This document shows positions 54,722-63,742 of a stretch of 64,000 nt of DNA, one piece after another. Source of the DNA: a virus. Numbering within the stretch: the first letter of the stretch is position 1; the number at the start of each line of letters is the position of its first letter. Below the pieces are notes generated by a model. That model was not told the DNA's origin, did no database searches, and worked only from the letters and a program-made list of their open reading frames with translations. A program made the translations under genes and the position numbers. Where the stretch lies: positions 32,001 through 96,000 of IMG/VR virus record IMGVR_UViG_3300037262_000003; one strand, 5' to 3'.

Positions 54722-55309
54722 TCAGTACCGACGACGCCTAAGGTAAGTTATTGCAGAGAATAGCCGTTCAGGGGAGTCCTGAAAATGCCCGAGACCATGG
54801 TTACACCCTCGGCACAGGACCCCCCTTACTTCCCCTGTGACATGTGAGTGATCAATATGCGTATCCTTGCTGTCTAGCTCTAGCATCATTCCGCATATTT
54901 CACATCTGCCACCGCAACGCTTCCATAGGCGATCGAAGTCGTCAAAACCGTCGAGCCCGTAGTTATTGATTAGCCGCTTCATTCGCGCGTAGTGTCTGTC
55001 ACAGTAACCAGAGCCCCGTGTTAGCTCATCGCAGTCTGAGCGAAGGCATGTACCCGCTATGCCACGAAACACCACATGCTTTACAGAGCCGGTAGGAACA
55101 ACTCCATTACTCTTCCACGACTTGTTATGTGGGTCGCATAGCTGGTTAGCTCGTTGTTTCCTTTTGCAATCAGACACAATGCAAATCTTCTCATGCCTAA
55201 CCGGAAGATACGCAGGGTCTCCGTGTGCCTTCCATCGCTTCCAGTGCTTGTGGCAGTATCCTTGCCCGTAATGTTTCGTCTTGCAGTCGTCTACAGTACA
55301 TATTCTCAT
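54722..55309 (-). CDS. Endonuclease VII-family HNH with three N-terminal C..C..C..H modules; leaderless
   Basis: CEICG, IDHSH..G.VRGVLC..CN.GLG.F.D; TACACT 6 nt before ATG. Confidence 0.88.
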   Translation of the reverse strand: MRICTVDDCKTKHYGQGYCHKHWKRWKAHGDPAYLPVRHEKICIVSDCKRKQRANQLCDPHNKSWKSNGVVPTGSVKHVVFRGIAGTCLRSDCDELTRGSGYCDRHYARMKRLINNYGLDGFDDFDRLWKRCGGRCEICGMMLELDSKDTHIDHSHVTGEVRGVLCRGCNHGLGHFQDSPERLFSAITYLRRRRY

Positions 55310-55313
55310 ACTC

Positions 55314-56963
55314 TTAGTGTAGCCGACGACGACGGTAGAAAGGATTAACACTCACCTCCACGACGGAGGTCTCCTCTTCCCTGTCACGACTCAACATGCA
55401 GCCGATAGCCAGGGAGTCGGCGTAGTCATCATGAGCATCCCTGATGGACGGAGCCTCAGCCAGGACGTAAGGACCCTTGAAGACTATCTCAAGGTCTTCC
55501 ATCTCCTGGCGGAAACGCTTCCAGATCTTAAGACGACGTACCTTGGCCCCAGCGGGCCACATGACCTGACGGCGGTCGATAAGAGAACGTAGGTACTTCC
55601 AGCGCTCGGACTGCTCGCTCTGTGACGATCCCAGATCGACAATATCGATGTGCGGCATAAGAACCCTGAGCCTCTGGGCCACGACATCCCCCAGACCGCC
55701 CGAGTCGATGCCTACCTTCCAGATGCTGTAGTTCGAACAGAACTCAACAATGCGGAAGTACTGTTCTTCCCAGTCCATGCCTTCCAAATCGAGCCAGTTC
55801 AGGACACGGTGATGGTACATGCCCAATTCGTCTGGGTGATCCCAGTCAACGAAGATGGCTGTGACGACGGTCCTGTCCTGCTTTCGGGCGCAGTCGATGC
55901 CTATGACGATGGGAGTCCTGTTCCACGCCTGGACAAGCTGCTGCATGGTGATGTCCCCGCAGGCGTCAAGCTTCTCATTGGTCGTGAACATACCCTTATC
56001 GAGCAGCCAGATCAGTCTGTAGGAGAGCTTGAACTCATCAGAGTCTTCTCCCATGGCGAGCATGTCGCCCGCTACGGACTTCTTGTAGTTGTCATTCTCT
56101 CGCGCTGCTATGCGCCAGTCAACCTCAAAGTGATTCTGACGATGACGGCCCCTCTTGACGGCCTCTCGCTTGTTGACATTGATCTGCTTGTAGAAGACGT
56201 TCTTGGTGTACGTCGGCGTGCCCGTGTAGACTTTGGTGGCGTTATACGCTGCACCCATAGGACGTACTGACTTGTCGATGACCTTATCGTCTGCGCCCTG
56301 GCATTCGTCAATCAGGATGATGTGGTACGAACGTCCTTCAATGGTTGCCCGAGGATGGCAAGTCGTCTTACGCACAAGACTATGGCCCTTGCCGTCCTGC
56401 AACGGGCGAGGGTTGTTCAGGAATCGAACGTAGACCGTACGGCCCTTCCCTGCAAGCTCTGCGTTGATCTCAGGGTCATCCATGACCGCCAGGGCGTTGT
56501 CTGAGGACAGCCTAGAAACTATACGCCCGAAGAGGTTGTCAGCCTGCTCGTCCACAGGGGCGAAGGCACCGACCCAGACACCACCAGCGAACTTGCCCAA
56601 CAGGTCAGGGAACGCCTTGGAGAGCACGGGGAACATGATCATAGCCGTCGCTATAGTGTTGGCCACGGTCTCAGACTTGCCTGTCTGTCGTGCGAACAGG
56701 GCCGTTATGGTGGCACCGTCGTTGATGATCAGGCTCTCGAATATGCGACGGGCGAATGGCTTCTGGTACTCGTACAGAGGGTTGCCAGAAATGATGTCGC
56801 AGACCAGCATGAGCTTATCGATTAGCTTGTTGACCGTGGCCTGTGACATATCATCAAGGATGACCTCTGTGGCCTCGCGGGCCTCGCGCTCTGCGTCTGT
56901 GTCATCCGACTGATCGTCTTCTAGCTCAATGCCTAGATCCAGATCGATATCTTCTTCTACCAT
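55314..56963 (-). CDS. terL: Terminase large subunit
   Basis: ARQTGKS, ILIDE, TGTP, GIDCA, HDDYADS. Confidence 0.93.
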   Translation of the reverse strand: MVEEDIDLDLGIELEDDQSDDTDAEREAREATEVILDDMSQATVNKLIDKLMLVCDIISGNPLYEYQKPFARRIFESLIINDGATITALFARQTGKSETVANTIATAMIMFPVLSKAFPDLLGKFAGGVWVGAFAPVDEQADNLFGRIVSRLSSDNALAVMDDPEINAELAGKGRTVYVRFLNNPRPLQDGKGHSLVRKTTCHPRATIEGRSYHIILIDECQGADDKVIDKSVRPMGAAYNATKVYTGTPTYTKNVFYKQINVNKREAVKRGRHRQNHFEVDWRIAARENDNYKKSVAGDMLAMGEDSDEFKLSYRLIWLLDKGMFTTNEKLDACGDITMQQLVQAWNRTPIVIGIDCARKQDRTVVTAIFVDWDHPDELGMYHHRVLNWLDLEGMDWEEQYFRIVEFCSNYSIWKVGIDSGGLGDVVAQRLRVLMPHIDIVDLGSSQSEQSERWKYLRSLIDRRQVMWPAGAKVRRLKIWKRFRQEMEDLEIVFKGPYVLAEAPSIRDAHDDYADSLAIGCMLSRDREEETSVVEVSVNPFYRRRRLH

Positions 56964-56981
56964 GAGTTCTCCAAATAAATA

Positions 56982-57015
56982 GCCCGGCTCCCTCCATACT
57001 AGAGGGAAACCGGGC
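56982..57015 (-). promoter_or_regulatory. Hairpin upstream of terminase with TAGTAT in the loop
   Basis: GCCCGGtttCCCTC-TAGTATG-GAGGGagCCGGGC then TATTTATTT. Confidence 0.5.
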
Positions 57016-57027
57016 CAATAAGTGGAT

Positions 57028-57279
57028 CTATGCCAGACGACCCTCGATATAGGCCAGTACAGCCTTCTCAACGGTCTCCAGTGCTAGCTGAACTGCTGCC
57101 TGAATCTCGGGCGTAGCGTCCTTGATAGCAACCAGTGCATCAGACTTGGCCTGAGCCTCTACGTTCTTGACGTCAGACAGAGCATCCAGTACGCCACTGT
57201 GGAAGATGTGGGACACGTGGTCCTTGACTTCGACAGCATCATCCTTGAGCTTGCTCTCGATCTGTGAGAACGTCATCAT
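57028..57279 (-). CDS. Hypothetical protein
   Basis: ORF with SD AAGGGG. Confidence 0.65.
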   Translation of the reverse strand: MMTFSQIESKLKDDAVEVKDHVSHIFHSGVLDALSDVKNVEAQAKSDALVAIKDATPEIQAAVQLALETVEKAVLAYIEGRLA

Positions 57280-57306
57280 AGGCTTACCCCTTTCGTCCTT
57301 CTCAGT

Positions 57307-57672
57307 TTACTCCATGACCTCGCTTGGCGCATTCGCAGTGCCAGTCTTGGCCCGCCGACCCCTTAGGAATCGTCTCGGGGCAGAGTTCGTGATGGTAGCC
57401 TGTGGTGGTTCTGACGGTGCAGAAGGAACAGGCGTAGGATCGTCCCTTTCTTCTACGACGGGCCGGAACTTCCTCTCCATCAGCTCCGTGATCACTAGAT
57501 TCGCTGTCGTCTCCGCTATCGCCAGCTCCGACAGGTGGTCCGGGTTCCGACTCGACTGATAGGCTTCCAGGTGACGTTGCATTCCTGGTATTGCTGACCC
57601 TAGCCATTCGAGCATCTGCCCCTCTGACATGCCCTTGATTCTCTTCTCAGCTCGGGCGATATCAAAGGTCAT
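57307..57672 (-). CDS. Hypothetical helical protein
   Basis: ORF track. Confidence 0.6.
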   Translation of the reverse strand: MTFDIARAEKRIKGMSEGQMLEWLGSAIPGMQRHLEAYQSSRNPDHLSELAIAETTANLVITELMERKFRPVVEERDDPTPVPSAPSEPPQATITNSAPRRFLRGRRAKTGTANAPSEVME

Positions 57673-57784
57673 CGTTATCCATATAGTCCATCAGACCTAG
57701 CATGTCCAGTAGCATGAACTCATCGGTAAGACCTGTAGATGAGCGACTTACGTACTCACGCGCTAGTGATCTTTGATTCTTCAT
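57662..57784 (-). CDS. 40-aa hypothetical protein (MKNQRSLAREYV...LDMLGL)
   Basis: Hand translation; fills the gap; AAGGTG upstream. Confidence 0.45.
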   Translation of the reverse strand: MKNQRSLAREYVSRSSTGLTDEFMLLDMLGLMDYMDNDDL

Positions 57785-57840
57785 GAGTCACCTTACCTCG
57801 CAGTCCAGACTGCCCTTCGAGTAGTCCGAGATGGACTCCC

Positions 57841-58200
57841 TCAACGAGTCCAGAGTTCTTGGGGGACGGATTCATCCCATGCGTCATGTTCTTCATTCGT
57901 GCGGTTCCTCCCATGGATAGTAGCGCTGAGTAGCGCTGTGTTCTCATCGTAGTGCTTCTTTCCCCAGAAGCCCAGGACCAGTGAACGCTTCCACCAGTAC
58001 CTGACGATGAGAGTGTATCCCTTACGGAAGGGTTCGTCAAGTTCCCATGAGATGCCGCCCAGGACAGGAGGCGTGTACCACTTGACGCGTACTGTGTGCC
58101 AGAATGCCCGGTGTACCCACGAGCCTGTTATCTTGTTCTCAGCCCAGTCCAGGGCGTTGTGCAGCCCGGCGATGATGTCTGTGGCGTCCTTGTATTCCAT
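57841..58200 (-). CDS. Trp-rich hypothetical protein
   Basis: ORF with GGAG SD. Confidence 0.65.
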   Translation of the reverse strand: MEYKDATDIIAGLHNALDWAENKITGSWVHRAFWHTVRVKWYTPPVLGGISWELDEPFRKGYTLIVRYWWKRSLVLGFWGKKHYDENTALLSATIHGRNRTNEEHDAWDESVPQELWTR

Positions 58201-58212
58201 GTGAAGCTCCGA

Positions 58213-58662
58213 TTATCCGACTCTGGTGCCGCTGCCTGGCCCGCCTATTCCGTTACGGGCCATCCACTTGCCTGTACTGGTACGCTCGCGCTGTAGGTCT
58301 GCCCACTGATCGGGAGAAATACCAGAATAGTCATAGGATATACCATCACGGAACAGTATCCTGAGCGTCCCGCTCTGCTCGTCGTATGTGGCGTTGTGGG
58401 TTCTCGGGCGCGTAGGGTCCATCGTCACTGTTGGCTCGATCGCATCGTCTTCTATGAAGTCCGAGGGGGCGGTTGCCAGCCACGCTAGGTCAGCGTCGTA
58501 GACATCGCCTATAACGGCCGAGAAATCGTCCTGGGGGGGCTGCTGGTAGGCGGGTGCCGTAGAGTACTCAGCCACGCCTCCAGGGGCCACAGGAGCCGTC
58601 CTGGCCCCTCTACGGGTGACCCACGAAAGAGGGTTAACCCGGCTAGTCCATCTCGTTGCCAT
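58213..58662 (-). CDS. KTSC-domain protein
   Basis: YD...TL.I.FRDG..YDY.GI....W..L....STGKW. Confidence 0.75.
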   Translation of the reverse strand: MATRWTSRVNPLSWVTRRGARTAPVAPGGVAEYSTAPAYQQPPQDDFSAVIGDVYDADLAWLATAPSDFIEDDAIEPTVTMDPTRPRTHNATYDEQSGTLRILFRDGISYDYSGISPDQWADLQRERTSTGKWMARNGIGGPGSGTRVG

Positions 58663-58927
58663 CGGAGCCTATCCTGTCCCACTGGACTGTCCACGCAGGG
58701 TTGATCCGGAAACCCGTCTCGTCCTCGACCTTGAAGTGAGGGCACCAGGACTTCGGGGGACTCTCATGACGACCGTTCAGGTACACGCAGGTATAAACCG
58801 TGGCCAAACGTTCATGGCCACGGTTCGGCCTCATATCAGGAGACTCTCTCCAGAAGTTATTCCGGAAGTCGGGCTCCTGCTTCTTCGGCACTACCGGAGT
58901 AGGGATATAGAAGTCGTCGGCTGACAT
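58643..58927 (-). CDS. Hypothetical protein
   Basis: TAATG-coupled ORF. Confidence 0.55.
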   Translation of the reverse strand: MSADDFYIPTPVVPKKQEPDFRNNFWRESPDMRPNRGHERLATVYTCVYLNGRHESPPKSWCPHFKVEDETGFRINPAWTVQWDRIGSDGNEMD

Positions 58928-59397
58928 TAGCTACCACTATAAGCCTTTATACAGTCACGGGGGGCGTCTACCTGCGCAACATGAGACTTGATGACTGACT
59001 CCTCGTGCAGGTCATATGCGTTGGTGTTTCCCTTGAGTAGAATGTCAAGGAAGAAATCCCAGTTGCCGCTATCATCGGCGGCACGAGTGTTCTGGTACTC
59101 GCAGCCAGCGATTGCAGCCTTCTGGAAAGACGTAGCCTGACGTTGTGCCGCCGTTGCCTGACTCTGGACCTGTTCTGTCAGGCTGTACTGATTTGCATAG
59201 AGGTATCCAGACACGCCAGCGCCGAGGGCTAGAGCGACTACCACGCCGGTAAGCCAACGGACAGCAACCTTCCACGGCTTCATCGCGGCGTTAGTGGCAG
59301 CCTTAACCAGATCATCGATCTTAGTTAGCTGAACCTCCGCTGCCCGTGCTAGCTTGCTCTCCTCGACTTCCGCCGCTGTCTGTACCTTGTTCGCCAT
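58927..59397 (-). CDS. Single-pass membrane protein with an external Cys pair (lysis accessory-like)
   Basis: TM helix, coiled coil, C...N.R ... PRDC. Confidence 0.6.
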   Translation of the reverse strand: MANKVQTAAEVEESKLARAAEVQLTKIDDLVKAATNAAMKPWKVAVRWLTGVVVALALGAGVSGYLYANQYSLTEQVQSQATAAQRQATSFQKAAIAGCEYQNTRAADDSGNWDFFLDILLKGNTNAYDLHEESVIKSHVAQVDAPRDCIKAYSGS

Positions 59398-59848
59398 CAC
59401 CACTCACTTCCAATTGCTTCATTGTGTGCAACAAAATTGCGGCAGCGACTTGTTCCCCTGGAAAGATCTTGAACGGCGCTGCCGTGCCGTGTTCCCAGTC
59501 TCTGATGACTTCTAGATACCCCGAAAGCTCATCCGCCTCTGTAGGAGTTATGTTCCCATCTAGCAGTGTATCGAGTAGTTCATCCACTCTTGCCCGAGAG
59601 GGCTCTGGGTGGTGAAGCACCCTTGCCATGTCTCCTGCGATCTCTCGCCAGAAGACTTCCATCTTGGTCTCAACGATAGTCACTCGCTCCTTAAGGGGAT
59701 CGATGACTTCCTCCATGAGCTTATGGAGGGTAGACGTGACTATATTTTCTATAGCCTTCTTACTTCTCTTGGCCCACAACTGGTAAAAAGTGAACCCGGC
59801 GATGACTATAGAGCACACAGCCTCTACGAAGTAGACATCTACATGCAC
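59321..59848 (-). CDS. N-terminal TM plus coiled-coil protein
   Basis: Hydrophobic N-terminus; ERV..VETKMEVFW. Confidence 0.6.
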   Translation of the reverse strand: MHVDVYFVEAVCSIVIAGFTFYQLWAKRSKKAIENIVTSTLHKLMEEVIDPLKERVTIVETKMEVFWREIAGDMARVLHHPEPSRARVDELLDTLLDGNITPTEADELSGYLEVIRDWEHGTAAPFKIFPGEQVAAAILLHTMKQLEVSGDGEQGTDSGGSRGEQASTGSGGSAN

Positions 59849-59871
59849 GTCGAAACCGCCAAATAAGTAGA

Positions 59872-59914
59872 AAAAGGGACGATACCTCTACGATACGAGT
59901 ATACCGTCCCTTTT
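59872..59914 (-). terminator. Hairpin with T-tail and TATACT in the loop
   Basis: AAAAGGGACGGTA...TATCGTCCCTTTTT. Confidence 0.65.
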
Positions 59915-59922
59915 CCTTCAAC

Positions 59923-61254
59923 TTACTCACCAGTATGCACAGTGAGTCCTTCCCATCCGATGCCCTGTCCGGGGGTAACCCATAGGCTAATCATACCAGC
60001 CGGGACATCTGATCCGTCAGCACGACGGAACCAGTTAGATCCTCCGTCCAGAGGCGGGGCCTGAATCCAGGTCCGGTTAGAGCCCATCTGCTCAACCCGC
60101 AGGTGATGGAAGTGGCCCGTGAACATCATGTCAGCGAGGCCAGCCTGCTGCTTGCCGAATGACTGCTTGCCCCACCATGCCTCGAAGCTGTTCGGTGCCT
60201 TGGCGAGGTGCCCGTGAGTGAATCCCAGAACGAAGGGCTTGTCCTGCCCACCGACGTTCAGCGTGATGACAAGTTCCTCATCCTCAGGGAAGATGAATCC
60301 CACGTGCTTGTACTTGGGATTGTCAGCCATGGCGTCAGCAACGGCAGAAGCTCCCTCGATAGCCCACGAGTCAGTCACGGGCTGCTGGACGATGCGATAG
60401 GTCTCATCGTGGTTGCCCGGAAGGACAGGGACGATGACACGAGCCGCATACGGGGACAGCTCAGCCACGATGTGGGTCAGCAGGCGACGGTACACGCGAA
60501 CCTGCTCTGTGATGCTGATATCGAGACGTGCCACGAGCTTGCCACCCTGAGACACAAGCCCCTCGATGCAGTCACCGAGCACAGGGATGACGATCAGGTC
60601 AGCTCCACCGGCAGCTTCGATCTTCTCACGGATCTCCTGCACAATACGCCCGAACCTGTCTACCAGAGCGGCGGTGCCGCCTCCGTCGATCTTCCCTGCC
60701 TGTAGGTCAGCGATAGGAACCACGAAGATCCCATTAGCGTGATGCTCTCCACTGTCCCATCGTGCCAGGCCGTCTCGTCCCTCGTAGTCCTTGAGGATTT
60801 CCGAGATCTGATCCACCGAAAGGTCACCTGACTGAGCGCCACGACGACCCAGCTCCAGCTTGTGGGCTGAAAGCCATTCACCGCCAGCGTTCTGCCAGCG
60901 TGATTCCTTGCGGCACGTGACTTCCCACTTCTCGGGGTCGGCTCCGACACTTTCCAGAAGTTCCTTGTCCTCAAGGGTCACGCCCTCGGTAACAGGAACA
61001 GGAAGTGTGCGGGCCTCGCCACGGTCTCTTGAGAGATCAAGACCTGGGAACCACTGCACTGTCTGACCAATAGGGCCGGGCTCGCTGATACGCTCCATGG
61101 GCTCAGGGGCAACGATGTTACGCTGACGCCAACGACGAATGACACTTTCGTCAATATCAAACGTCCGTGCCACCTCCCGGTTGGGCATGGACCTGTTCAT
61201 CACTGCTGCGGCAAGGAAGCTGTTGTCCCTCATCCGTTCTTCTAGCGTTGCCAT
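59923..61254 (-). CDS. HTH + calcineurin-like metallophosphoesterase (Mre11/SbcD-type)
   Basis: N-terminal REVARTF.I.ES.IRRW; ADLQ.G, LGD, PGNHD, THGH, GHFHH. Confidence 0.85.
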   Translation of the reverse strand: MATLEERMRDNSFLAAAVMNRSMPNREVARTFDIDESVIRRWRQRNIVAPEPMERISEPGPIGQTVQWFPGLDLSRDRGEARTLPVPVTEGVTLEDKELLESVGADPEKWEVTCRKESRWQNAGGEWLSAHKLELGRRGAQSGDLSVDQISEILKDYEGRDGLARWDSGEHHANGIFVVPIADLQAGKIDGGGTAALVDRFGRIVQEIREKIEAAGGADLIVIPVLGDCIEGLVSQGGKLVARLDISITEQVRVYRRLLTHIVAELSPYAARVIVPVLPGNHDETYRIVQQPVTDSWAIEGASAVADAMADNPKYKHVGFIFPEDEELVITLNVGGQDKPFVLGFTHGHLAKAPNSFEAWWGKQSFGKQQAGLADMMFTGHFHHLRVEQMGSNRTWIQAPPLDGGSNWFRRADGSDVPAGMISLWVTPGQGIGWEGLTVHTGE

Positions 61255-61262
61255 GTAACTCC

Positions 61263-62069
61263 TTACTCTATTTTGAGATCCCTGCGGATCTCGCGATTCA
61301 GGTACGCTGCTATGGCGGGATTATCCCTGACGTACCTTATAGACTCTTCGGTGCCCTGCACCGTACGAGAGTCGGGCATCACATACCAGGCTCCTCGCTT
61401 AGTGACAATATCATGTTCTGTCCCTATGCGCAAGAGTTCTTCTGCCCAGTCAATGCCCGATCCGGGTCTTATGACGTACTCGCAGGACTCTCCCGTCTTG
61501 AGGGAAGCCTCGATGACCTTGGAACCGTCCTGATGGGACTTGACGACCTTGAGGTTCAGTCTCTGACGTGCCTTCTCAGACAGGCCCGTTCCACGTATCG
61601 GGGAACGTTCCTTGTCACGGGGCTTGGAGATGAATATCACTGTCCCACCAGACATCTCTGCCTGATCAGCCAGGGCTGTCAGCTCGTCCTTGAACTCCCT
61701 GTGCGGGGAGGGCTGATACCAGGGATCGAAGTCAGGAGACTCCTCGAACTCCCTGCTGCGAATCAGCCCGCCAGCGTGATCAACAACGACCAGACCGGCT
61801 CGGATCTGTAGTGCGGCGGTAGTGATCGAGAATACCTCCTCAGCGGTCCTGGGAGCCACCACAGAGGCCCTAATAGCCCTATGCGGTACCTCTGACCCTA
61901 CCGACACCCAGAGGCTCTCCAGGGGCGGCTCAAGGTCGTTTACGGTGTGCTGGGCCAGAGTGGTCTTACCCGTTCCGGTGCCACCCCAGATCTCAGCGAT
62001 GAAGCCACGAAACCAACCACCGCCAAGCAGGCCATCTACGCCAATTGACCCGGTGCTTATGTACTCCAC
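61263..62069 (-). CDS. Short divergent RecA-like ATPase
   Basis: ISTGS..D..LGGG..RG...EIWG....GKTTLA; VVVD; GID; K.GAWY. Confidence 0.85.
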   Translation of the reverse strand: MEYISTGSIGVDGLLGGGWFRGFIAEIWGGTGTGKTTLAQHTVNDLEPPLESLWVSVGSEVPHRAIRASVVAPRTAEEVFSITTAALQIRAGLVVVDHAGGLIRSREFEESPDFDPWYQPSPHREFKDELTALADQAEMSGGTVIFISKPRDKERSPIRGTGLSEKARQRLNLKVVKSHQDGSKVIEASLKTGESCEYVIRPGSGIDWAEELLRIGTEHDIVTKRGAWYVMPDSRTVQGTEESIRYVRDNPAIAAYLNREIRRDLKIE

Positions 62070-62268
62070 TGTCAACCTCCTTAGACTTTCGTTCCTCAGC
62101 TATCTTCATGCCCACGTCGCCTCTGCGAACGAACAGTTCATCACCACGCCCGAATGACTCTATGTGATCGGGCAGGTATGAGTCCCTCCAGTAGACAGTT
62201 CCGTACTTGTCGGTGATTGTGTAGTCAAGGGCATAGTCACCTTCCGATGCCCTTATCTCTACAGCCAT
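61993..62268 (-). CDS. Hypothetical protein
   Basis: ORF in operon; 3' end overlaps the RecA start. Confidence 0.5.
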   Translation of the reverse strand: MAVEIRASEGDYALDYTITDKYGTVYWRDSYLPDHIESFGRGDELFVRRGDVGMKIAEERKSKEVDSGVHKHRVNWRRWPAWRWLVSWLHR

Positions 62269-62270
62269 CG

Positions 62271-62495
62271 TTACGGGGTGCCCACACCTAGGTTCGGGTG
62301 CTCACGGGTCGGGTAGAAGACTCGCATACGCTTAGAGCCCTCGCGAACGTTCACCTTGAGCTGCGGTGAGAGGGCCTCGGGTACATCAAACACGTACTTG
62401 TGCCAGGTGACCCAGACACCCTCAGGGGTGACCTTCGAGATGTTGCCCCGAAGCTGTGGGCTCTGGTGCAGGTAAACAGACTCGCCTGACTTCAT
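62271..62495 (-). CDS. Small SH3-like hypothetical protein
   Basis: SD AGGAGG; K.G..V...G.I..V....V.V.W. Confidence 0.6.
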   Translation of the reverse strand: MKSGESVYLHQSPQLRGNISKVTPEGVWVTWHKYVFDVPEALSPQLKVNVREGSKRMRVFYPTREHPNLGVGTP

Positions 62496-62516
62496 GTTTC
62501 CTCCTAAAATAGAAAA

Positions 62517-62540
62517 CTCCTGCCCCGACTGGGACAGGAG
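62517..62540 (-). terminator. Intrinsic terminator after 62581..63006
   Basis: CTCCTGTCCC-agtc-GGGGCAGGAG-TTTT. Confidence 0.65.
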
Positions 62541-62580
62541 AATACTATCAGGGCGTTTGCCCTGGTGTCAAGCTCAGAAC

Positions 62581-63006
62581 TTAGAAGGTACCGGTCGCAA
62601 TGATCACGAACGCGTTCGGGCTGAGCTTGAACTGCATGACGCTAGATGCGCGAACGGTGTCGGCAGTGGCAGCAGTCAGAAGAAGCGACACCTGACCGAT
62701 CTTGTTGTTCGCTGCCTGAGACACACCCGGAACTGGTGCCCAATACTGGTCGTTCACCGTGGTAGCAGCGATCGATGTAACGACCGGAAGCCAGTGAGCA
62801 GCGGTGTCACCTGTAGTCGGCGTGAAGCCAACAGACGTCGGGTTGTACTGACGGTTGATTCCACCGGCCGGGTCAAGGATACCGGCTACCACTGAGGTAC
62901 CAGCGACGATGGAAGCGTTGAGAGTATATACAGGTGATGCGTCGGTGCCCGTGTTCTGAACAACGGGCTGGACCGCGAAAGTCAGACCTGAAAATCCTAC
63001 AGCCAT
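62581..63006 (-). CDS. Putative virion protein (beta-rich, T/A/V)
   Basis: ORF with GAAAGG SD, upstream TATACT and own terminator. Confidence 0.65.
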   Translation of the reverse strand: MAVGFSGLTFAVQPVVQNTGTDASPVYTLNASIVAGTSVVAGILDPAGGINRQYNPTSVGFTPTTGDTAAHWLPVVTSIAATTVNDQYWAPVPGVSQAANNKIGQVSLLLTAATADTVRASSVMQFKLSPNAFVIIATGTF

Positions 63007-63109
63007 GGTTGGCCTTTCTGGATAAGTACAGAGATGCGATGATTTCCGTACTCAGTATAGCTTACGATGCAACACAGATACTGTTGCAGTCATACCTCTA
63101 TTTTACACC

Positions 63110-63298
63110 CTACGCCCGATGCCTACCCTTGTATCGCTTCCTAACTTGGTCTGCTACTTCCTCGCGATCGGTGATCGCGTCCATCTCGTGTGTGCTGTCG
63201 AAGTACGGTCTGACCTGGACGCGAAAGTCATCGTCCGAGGCTTCGTGCAGCTTAGCAAGCCACGCTTCCATCTCTGCTAGATCTTCGTCGTCGGGCAT
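63110..63298 (-). CDS. Small hypothetical protein
   Basis: SD AGGAG. Confidence 0.55.
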   Translation of the reverse strand: MPDDEDLAEMEAWLAKLHEASDDDFRVQVRPYFDSTHEMDAITDREEVADQVRKRYKGRHRA

Positions 63299-63307
63299 GT
63301 CGATCTC

Positions 63308-63520
63308 CTAGTCCGTTAGAGGGGCCTTAATCATCGTAGCCGCCCGGATCTCGACGCAGATCTCACCAGGCATGAACGACAGCATCATGGCGTCTAGCGA
63401 GATCAGCGGAGTAGAACCCTGCCACCAGAACTCGTACAAGTCCTGTGACGGGCGGTAGTACCAGCCCATTAGATCAAGATGGAACGCATCTGGCGTTCCT
63501 ACTGCTGTTGCAGTGCTCAT
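63308..63520 (-). CDS. Small hypothetical protein
   Basis: SD AGGAGG. Confidence 0.6.
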   Translation of the reverse strand: MSTATAVGTPDAFHLDLMGWYYRPSQDLYEFWWQGSTPLISLDAMMLSFMPGEICVEIRAATMIKAPLTD

Positions 63521-63594
63521 CGTTGCCTCCTAGAGATGAGTATGGCCCGGCAGAGGATACCTCACTACACGTGAGCAGAGCATACCGGGCCAGG

Positions 63595-63665
63595 CTTCGG
63601 AACAGGGACTCGAACCCCAATGAGCAGACTCAGATTCTGCCATCCTGCCATTAGATGATTCCGAA
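63595..63665 (-). tRNA. tRNA-Gln(CUG)
   Basis: Acceptor TTCGGAA/TTCCGAA; GCAGA-ATCTGAG-TCTGC; GGTTCGAGTCC. Confidence 0.8.
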
Positions 63666-63666
63666 G

Positions 63667-63737
63667 TGCCCCCATGAGGATTTGAACCCCAATACGACGG
63701 GTAAAAACCGCCTGTCCTACCGTTGAACGATACGGGC
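63667..63737 (-). tRNA. tRNA-Lys(UUU) with G-G mismatch in the acceptor stem
   Basis: GGCGG-TTTTTAC-CCGTC; GGTTCAAATCC. Confidence 0.65.
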
Positions 63738-63742
63738 ATATG

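Noticed and set aside
56964-57071. N-terminal extension of terminase containing a TTA codon
   Set aside because: Overlaps the upstream gene and a hairpin; ATG 56963 has a GGAG SD, so this TTA is probably untranslated
58927-59848. Holin-endolysin cassette
   Set aside because: Two membrane proteins are present but no endolysin catalytic domain is recognisable in the window
63667-63737. tRNA as an anticodon-switched Glu or an ochre suppressor
   Set aside because: The seven-base loop centres on UUU, and the neighbouring Lys(CUU) shares A37-C38, so Lys is the simpler reading
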